NCBI GenBank assembly: GCA_012719135.1
Contig: JAAYAW010000003.1
Span: forward strand, 819-64,818
DNA from: Chloroflexota bacterium
GTDB taxonomy: Bacteria; Chloroflexota; Anaerolineae; UBA1429
Reading direction: 5' to 3'
Length of the DNA stretch: 64,000 nucleotides
The notes below the pieces were generated by a model, which did not search any database, had not been told where the DNA came from, and saw only the letters and a program-made list of their open reading frames with translations. Below, in pieces: positions 58,405 through 64,000 of this stretch; positions within the stretch are counted from its first letter, which is position 1, and each line of letters starts with the position of its first letter. Position numbers and translations under genes: made by a program.

Positions 58405-59871
58405 TCAGGCCTGGTAGATCAGGCGGCCCTCCACCTCGCGGCGGAGATTCTGGTTCTCCCGGAGGTACTCCAGGAGCACGTTCCGTACGTCGGTGCTGAT
58501 CACCTTCGGCCGGCGCACTTCTGCCAACTCCTCCGGCGTAACGTCCAGGTAGGCCTTGCTGTTGCTGGAGTGGTAACCCTGCAGGCCCACCGTGTAGATG
58601 CGGTCCGGAACGACGGGTTCCGTGCCGATGGAAAGCCACGTCAGGCGCTTTTGGCCTTCGCTGTACACGGCGCGCACGGCCGAGTTCACCTGGTAGCACT
58701 CACCCTCGCCGGTGCGGTTCTCTGCCCGCATCCAGCGCTCGAACATGCGGCGCAGCGTATCCCCCTGCACGCAGTAGCGCGTCAACGTGTCCCCATAGGG
58801 GAAGGCGGAGATATAGTCGCTCAGCGTCACCAGCGGCCCGAGTTCCCGCGAGCGCACCGAGCCAGATCCCAGCAGCATCACATCGATCTCGCCGGCCTCC
58901 GCCAGGGCATCGGCAAAGAGGTTACCCAGCGCGCTCTCGGCCTCGCGTGCCGGATGCGTATGCCGCGTGGCCAGCTTGGTGACGATGGCATTGTACTTTT
59001 GATCCACCACCTTCTTGTAGGAGTCGATGTAGGCCTCCAGTTGGTGGTCGGGCTCGGCCAGGGAGCTGTCTATGGGGATCAGCCGCCACTTCCAGTCGGT
59101 GATGCTGTTGGTGTCATCATCCACCGTGATGTCAAAGCGGCCGATCTGGTCCGTGCCCACGCCCGCCTGCGTGATCAGTATGTTGTTGATCACCGTCGGC
59201 TGCTCCAGCACGGTGTGCGAGTGCCCGCCGATGATCATGTCCACGCCCCAGGCCGGATCGAGCATCGCCGCCAGTTCGCAATCGGATTCATAGCCGATAT
59301 GGGTGAGCAGGATTGTGAGGTCGATGTCATCATGCTTGTACGCCTCGATGATCTTGCCCACTTCCTGCGAGGCTTCCTCCAGCGAGACAAAGCTGCCGAT
59401 GTCCTTGTCGCGCTGGATGGCATCGATGACCTTCTCGGTGATGATGCCGATAAAGAGGATGTCCATCCCCGCCTTGTTGATGATGTGGTACGGGCGCATC
59501 AAGCGCTTGTTGTGCTTGCGGATGTACAGGTTCGCATTGACGATGGGAAAGTTGGCGATCTTTTCCAGAAAGAGCAGATGCGGCAGGCCGTAATCGAACT
59601 CGTGATTCCCGAGCGTGACGACGTCCGGGGCCAGGTAGTTCATGATCTCCATGGTGGAGATGCCCTTGTACTCGGAATCGATCACCGAGCCCTGGACCAT
59701 GTCCCCGGAGATGGCATAGATGACGTTGTTCTGCTCCTCACGGACGCGGTTGATGTAGCTGGAGAGGAGCGAGAGCCCCCCTACCAGCTTGCCCTCTGCG
59801 CCGCTGACTTCTGCCAAAAAGTCCCCGTGCATGTCGTTCGAGTGCAGTATCGTGAACCTGCGCGTGTTCAA
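58405..59871 (-). CDS. Bifunctional metallophosphatase/5'-nucleotidase, no signal peptide
   Basis: HSNDMHG, GD, LGNHEFDYG, THIG, GGHSH, ESALGN, FPY. Confidence 0.88.
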   Translation of the reverse strand: MNTRRFTILHSNDMHGDFLAEVSGAEGKLVGGLSLLSSYINRVREEQNNVIYAISGDMVQGSVIDSEYKGISTMEIMNYLAPDVVTLGNHEFDYGLPHLLFLEKIANFPIVNANLYIRKHNKRLMRPYHIINKAGMDILFIGIITEKVIDAIQRDKDIGSFVSLEEASQEVGKIIEAYKHDDIDLTILLTHIGYESDCELAAMLDPAWGVDMIIGGHSHTVLEQPTVINNILITQAGVGTDQIGRFDITVDDDTNSITDWKWRLIPIDSSLAEPDHQLEAYIDSYKKVVDQKYNAIVTKLATRHTHPAREAESALGNLFADALAEAGEIDVMLLGSGSVRSRELGPLVTLSDYISAFPYGDTLTRYCVQGDTLRRMFERWMRAENRTGEGECYQVNSAVRAVYSEGQKRLTWLSIGTEPVVPDRIYTVGLQGYHSSNSKAYLDVTPEELAEVRRPKVISTDVRNVLLEYLRENQNLRREVEGRLIYQA

Positions 59872-60147
59872 CTTTCGCTCCTTTCGAGGCTTGCGTGGAG
59901 TCTGTTCTCGATTTTACAGGACGGCGCGGGCATGTGCAATCCCTTCCTGGCTCTTGTACACGGTCGCGCCTCCCCGGATGGCCTGGCCTGGCGGTGGTGT
60001 CGGGCCCCAGCGTCTCTGGTGAGCGCATCCCTGCAGGGTGTGAGAGGCGCATCGGTGCTATAATGCCAGCGACGACGGTCCGCAGCAGGGCGCCCTGCGA
60101 GAGGTGCACAGGGCCAGGCGCCGCAACATGAACGGAGGTCGGATGGT

Positions 60148-61467
60148 ATGAACAGGTGGCATCGGGCGATTTCGGTGAGTGTGGTGATTGGCGTTCTGGT
60201 GTTTGCGCTGTCGGGCTGCGGTGGCGCACCCGCACAGGAAGGGGCGCCCGAGTCCGCAACGGTGGGTGCATCCGCAGAGACGGCAGCACAAAAGACGGCC
60301 ACGCCCGCGGAGGAGAGTGTCGAGGGCGAGGATCCGACCGAACCGACCGCCCCGCCCGAAGGTGCGGCGGATGAAGAGGCGGAAGAGAGCGAAGGGGAGA
60401 CCGATCTCGTCGGCACCGATCAGGATGATGCCGGTTCCGGCGGCGATGCCGGCGCATTCAGGGAGGATGCCCTGCCGATTGATCTGGCCGAGGTCTACGA
60501 AGGTTTGTTGGACGGCGATGACACGGCGGATTGGTACAGTCTGACGGTGCCGGCGAGCAGCGTCGTCCGTGTGACTTTGAGCGCCGGTCGGGAATCCGAC
60601 GGCTTGGAGTTCAGCCTGCGCAATGCGGATCTCGAGACGCTGGGGTACTCACCTTACGTCGCCCCTGGCACGGAGGAGGACTTTTCCAGCGTGCTCAGCG
60701 CGGAATCGGACGAGCAGCTCTACCTGGAGGTGCTGGGCAGTGGACCGTACACCCTGGAGGCCAGCGCGGAGGCTCAGGATGACGCGGGCAGTGGGGCCGA
60801 TGCTGGCGGCGACTCTGATGAGGCGGTCGCTCTGGGAATGGAGGAGAGCTTTAGGGGTGCCTTGGGCGGCGAGGATGTTGCGGACTGGTATGTCCTCGAC
60901 GTCCCCGATGGCAGCGCCATCTCGCTGAGCTTTACGCCCGATGCGGACGCGGATGATCACTCGATCACCCTTTATGACCCGGATCGGTACGACGTCTGGT
61001 CGGAATGGAGCGTCCCGGGCAAGGTGACCCGTGAGCTGCGCTATGCCGTGGACGCCGATCGCGGCGGCACCTACTACCTGGCCATCGATGGCGGCGCCGG
61101 CACCTATGCCGTCGAGCTTTCGATCGCCGCGCAGGACGATGCGGACTCGGGCGCCGATGCCCCGTACGATGTGGACGACGCGCTCTCGATCGATGCGGGG
61201 GAGGAGTACTCCGGGGAGATCGGCGGCTCGGACCCCGGCGATTCCTACCGCTTTGCGGCCGCTGAGGGGATGGTGGTGAGCGTCACCGCAGGCGATGACG
61301 TGGAGGATCTCCTGGTCGCTCTGTACGATAGCGAGGGCTCGGAGATCTGGTACGACTATGTCTCCGAAGACACGATCAGCTACACGCTGGAAGAGGTGCT
61401 GGATGGGGACTATGTAGTGCAGGTTGCCGACGCCACCGGCACCTATACCCTGATGATCGAGGAGTAG
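60148..61467 (+). CDS. Acidic lipoprotein with three PPC-like beta-sandwich repeats
   Basis: Lipobox LSGC; QDDA(G/D)SG(G/A)DA x3, D(W/S)Y and G.Y.(L/V) motifs. Confidence 0.75.
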   Translation: MNRWHRAISVSVVIGVLVFALSGCGGAPAQEGAPESATVGASAETAAQKTATPAEESVEGEDPTEPTAPPEGAADEEAEESEGETDLVGTDQDDAGSGGDAGAFREDALPIDLAEVYEGLLDGDDTADWYSLTVPASSVVRVTLSAGRESDGLEFSLRNADLETLGYSPYVAPGTEEDFSSVLSAESDEQLYLEVLGSGPYTLEASAEAQDDAGSGADAGGDSDEAVALGMEESFRGALGGEDVADWYVLDVPDGSAISLSFTPDADADDHSITLYDPDRYDVWSEWSVPGKVTRELRYAVDADRGGTYYLAIDGGAGTYAVELSIAAQDDADSGADAPYDVDDALSIDAGEEYSGEIGGSDPGDSYRFAAAEGMVVSVTAGDDVEDLLVALYDSEGSEIWYDYVSEDTISYTLEEVLDGDYVVQVADATGTYTLMIEE

Positions 61468-61492
61468 GGCTGCGCCCTGCTTCCAGCTTTGC

Positions 61493-61533
61493 AAAAGGGC
61501 CGGCCCCAGGATGGGGCCGGCCCTTCTTTATTT
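61493..61533. terminator. Bidirectional intrinsic terminator
   Basis: aaaa-gggccggcccca-gga-tggggccggccc-ttctttattt. Confidence 0.8.
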
Positions 61534-61568
61534 GGAGGTTCTGCGGCGTCGGCGACGGGAGCCTCTAT

Positions 61569-63497
61569 CTAGAACAGCAGCCGCCAGAGGCGCATCGTCT
61601 CGGGGATGGTGAGGCCAAAGCCGAGATACTGCCCATCCAGCCAGATCTCCCAGTGGAGATGATACCCGGACGTGCTGCGATACACGCCGTCGCTTGTGCC
61701 CGAGACGCCCACATACCCCAGCGTCTGCCCCACCTCCACCTGATCTCCCACCTGCAGGTCGCTCGCGACGCGGGAGAGATGGGCATAACGGGATACCACG
61801 CCGCGCGCATGCTGAACCCAAACCTGCTGGCCGCGGAGTTTGTCCAGCAGGTGATCCGGCGTGGCATGCAGGCCCTCGATCTCTGCCATGACGGGCCCGT
61901 ATGCCTCAGGCGTCATTTCCGAGAAATCATGGTCGATGCGGATGATTGTACCGCTCGCGATGGCGCCCACGGGGCTGCCGTAGGCCAGGCCGGGCGCGTC
62001 TCCGGCGTAAAAGTCTACGCCCTCATGGATCCCGTACCGGTACATGCGCCGGGCTCCGGGGAAGGACCGCGGCCGCGCCGGGAGAATTCCGCCTTCAAAG
62101 GGCAGTGTCAGCTCGGGCACTCCGGCGAGCAGATCGACTCCGTTGAACAACCAGCGATCATCTCGCGGTACCGAGGCGCAGGCACTCGCTTCTTGGACGG
62201 CGCCGATGCGGTACAGCCTGGATCCCGCCACTACATAGATCACCCCGTCGGCCCGGGCCGCGGTACGCAGGCGCTGGACGCCGGCAACTTGCAGCTGGAT
62301 GTCCGCGGGATCGCCTTCGCCCAGGACGATTACGCGTCTCCCATCGCCATCGAGGGCGAGGAGGGCGTCGTCGCTGCTCGCCAGGTCGGCGGGCCAGCCC
62401 AGGCGGGGCAGATCCGCGGCATAGGGAGAGCCCGAACCATCGACAAGCGTGCCGTTGGCGTTCACCAGGTATAGCTGCCCATCGAGGGCTGCCAGGTCGA
62501 TCGCACGGGCGATGTAGGCGCCCTCTCTTTCGAGTTCGGGGTAGCTGGCGCCGGCCGGGAGGCGCCACAGGCGCGCGCCGTCGATATCCAGGCCGTAGGT
62601 CATGCTGCCCATCTGGGTGATGGCGACGAACTGTGGGTCCAGCCACAGTCCTGGAATGGATTCGCCCACCATTCGCACCGACCAGAGGCCCGTGGAGGGC
62701 CGGAAGCCGAACAGATCGCCGACCTTGTTGATGAGCACCAGTTCACCGGCTGTATCATCCACCGCCAGATCCATCAGCTCCTGCAGGCGGATCCCCTCGA
62801 CGATGCGCTCAGCCGGCTGGACCAACTCGGGCTCCAGAATGGAGGCCGTGGCCGGTATCTGCGAGAGGGGCAAGCGGTACAATGACCCGCCGGAAAGCAG
62901 GTACAGGACGTCGTCCAGGATGACGGCACGGGAGGCCTCGAAGGGAAGGATCAGGGCATGTTCTGTGGTGTGGGGTGCACAGGCCGAGGCCTGGATCACA
63001 GGGCACGGTGCGGATCCGGGCTCCTCTCCCCCGGGCGCGTTGCCGCCGGTGAGCAGCAGGCGCATACCGATGGAGAGCACGTTGCCGGGGTCGATCCCGT
63101 TCAGTTCGGCGAGTTCCTCGGCCGTCATGCCATAGCTGAGAGCGATCTCCGAGAGGGTTTCCCCCTCGGCGACGACGTGCTCCGCCGGCGCTGACGGCGA
63201 TGCCGTGGGCTCGGGGGTCTCCGCAGGCGCTGCCGGGCCGCTGAGATAGGCGCAGATGTCGATGTAGGGCATCGACGCTAGAAACCAGGAGGCAGCACCG
63301 ATCTCACTTGGCAAAGGGCAGCCCGGGTCGTTGTTCTCAGGGCCAGCGGCCAGCGCCGGGAGTGCGCGCCCGGCCACAAGCGCCAGCACGAATGCTGCGG
63401 TCGCGACAAGGGTGGCAAGGGAGAGTGAGCGGCGGCTGGCCCGTGGGGCTAGCCCGTGGCCGCGCTGAAGACGACCTTTACGGAGCAGATGAAGCAT
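61569..63497 (-). CDS. Secreted LysM + beta-propeller-like + M23 peptidase protein
   Basis: LysM HVVAEGETLSEIA..YG..LAELNGI; M23 HEGVD, YAHL, HLHWEI; start approximate. Confidence 0.85.
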   Translation of the reverse strand: MLHLLRKGRLQRGHGLAPRASRRSLSLATLVATAAFVLALVAGRALPALAAGPENNDPGCPLPSEIGAASWFLASMPYIDICAYLSGPAAPAETPEPTASPSAPAEHVVAEGETLSEIALSYGMTAEELAELNGIDPGNVLSIGMRLLLTGGNAPGGEEPGSAPCPVIQASACAPHTTEHALILPFEASRAVILDDVLYLLSGGSLYRLPLSQIPATASILEPELVQPAERIVEGIRLQELMDLAVDDTAGELVLINKVGDLFGFRPSTGLWSVRMVGESIPGLWLDPQFVAITQMGSMTYGLDIDGARLWRLPAGASYPELEREGAYIARAIDLAALDGQLYLVNANGTLVDGSGSPYAADLPRLGWPADLASSDDALLALDGDGRRVIVLGEGDPADIQLQVAGVQRLRTAARADGVIYVVAGSRLYRIGAVQEASACASVPRDDRWLFNGVDLLAGVPELTLPFEGGILPARPRSFPGARRMYRYGIHEGVDFYAGDAPGLAYGSPVGAIASGTIIRIDHDFSEMTPEAYGPVMAEIEGLHATPDHLLDKLRGQQVWVQHARGVVSRYAHLSRVASDLQVGDQVEVGQTLGYVGVSGTSDGVYRSTSGYHLHWEIWLDGQYLGFGLTIPETMRLWRLLF

Positions 63498-63587
63498 GGA
63501 TGATCCATTCTGTGGTGATGGGCGGATAGACGGGTACCATCCTAGGCGTCCCGCCAGTGAGGGCAAATCGCGGGGGCGGGTCAGCGC

Positions 63588-63779
63588 TTAGCGCTTGCTT
63601 CGGGCATACATGGCGGAGCCCAGCATGCCCAGCACCAGGCCGGCCAGGGAGGCCGCGTACGCGATGAAGGAGACCAGAAAGCTGGGCTGAAGGATGCCGA
63701 TCACCATGAGGAAGGGCAGGAGGGCGCCCAAGAGGACGCCCACCAACCCCAGAAGGATCAAGCGGATGGATTGGTCCAC
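63588..63779 (-). CDS. Small two-TM membrane protein
   Basis: Two hydrophobic helices, 63 aa. Confidence 0.65.
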   Translation of the reverse strand: MDQSIRLILLGLVGVLLGALLPFLMVIGILQPSFLVSFIAYAASLAGLVLGMLGSAMYARSKR

Positions 63780-63787
63780 CGTATCGC

Positions 63788-64000
63788 TTACCTGTATAGC
63801 CAGCAGGAAACCTGGTGCCCCGGCTCCGGCTCGAAATCCGGCGGCACTTCTCTATCGCAGAGCCCTTCGATCATTCGGGGGCAACGCGGATGGAAACGGC
63901 AGCCCGTGGGCGGCGTCACCAGGCTGGGTGGCTCGCCGGGTGGCACGTCCTTGAACGTGAGAGCGTTGTTCGCGTCCGGATCGGACGTGGCCGCCAAAAG
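63788..64000 (-). CDS. Oligopeptide ABC transporter ATP-binding protein, C-terminal part only
   Basis: GEPPSL..PPTGCRFHPRCP...C...H.VSCWLY. Confidence 0.85.
   Translation of the reverse strand, partial: LLAATSDPDANNALTFKDVPPGEPPSLVTPPTGCRFHPRCPRMIEGLCDREVPPDFEPEPGHQVSCWLYR

Noticed and set aside
1..64000. CRISPR arrays, tRNA/rRNA genes, transposases, integrases, prophage genes
   Set aside because: No regularly spaced repeats, tRNA-like sequences or mobile-element proteins were recognised by eye

Overview
GC-rich bacterial chromosomal segment. Gene content (DegV, ICMT-family membrane protein, acidic LysW-like protein, zinc-ribbon membrane protein, DUF11 secreted proteins) suggests Chloroflexota, probably Anaerolineae-like; this is inference. 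It holds about 60 CDS. Housekeeping genes: archaeal-type aspS, era, dnaA, infC-rpmI-rplT, nadE, pdxA, ogt. Transport: zupT, ZnuABC-like operon, cation/H+ antiporter, queuosine-precursor transporter. Sugar and redox enzymes: four aldo/keto reductases, two MDR dehydrogenases, GH116, GH35/DUF5597, a clan GH-D-like protein, an esterase. There are also several lipoproteins and secreted proteins. I saw no rRNA, tRNA, CRISPR array, integrase or transposase. Main leads: (1) a stand-alone DHp/HisKA-like protein facing an Asp-less response regulator; (2) two tandem secreted proteins sharing a C-terminal module and promoter/leader motifs; (3) a membrane-protein gene split by one in-frame TGA, followed by a lipoprotein and an HNH nuclease; (4) a Cys-rich sORF plus terminator resembling an attenuator; (5) several apparently degenerate or orphan proteins (GH-D, TcmP-like, LysW-like without EDWGE); (6) a structured ~290-nt intergenic segment. 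All family calls come from motif recognition, not database searches, and start codons were often refined by RBS inspection.
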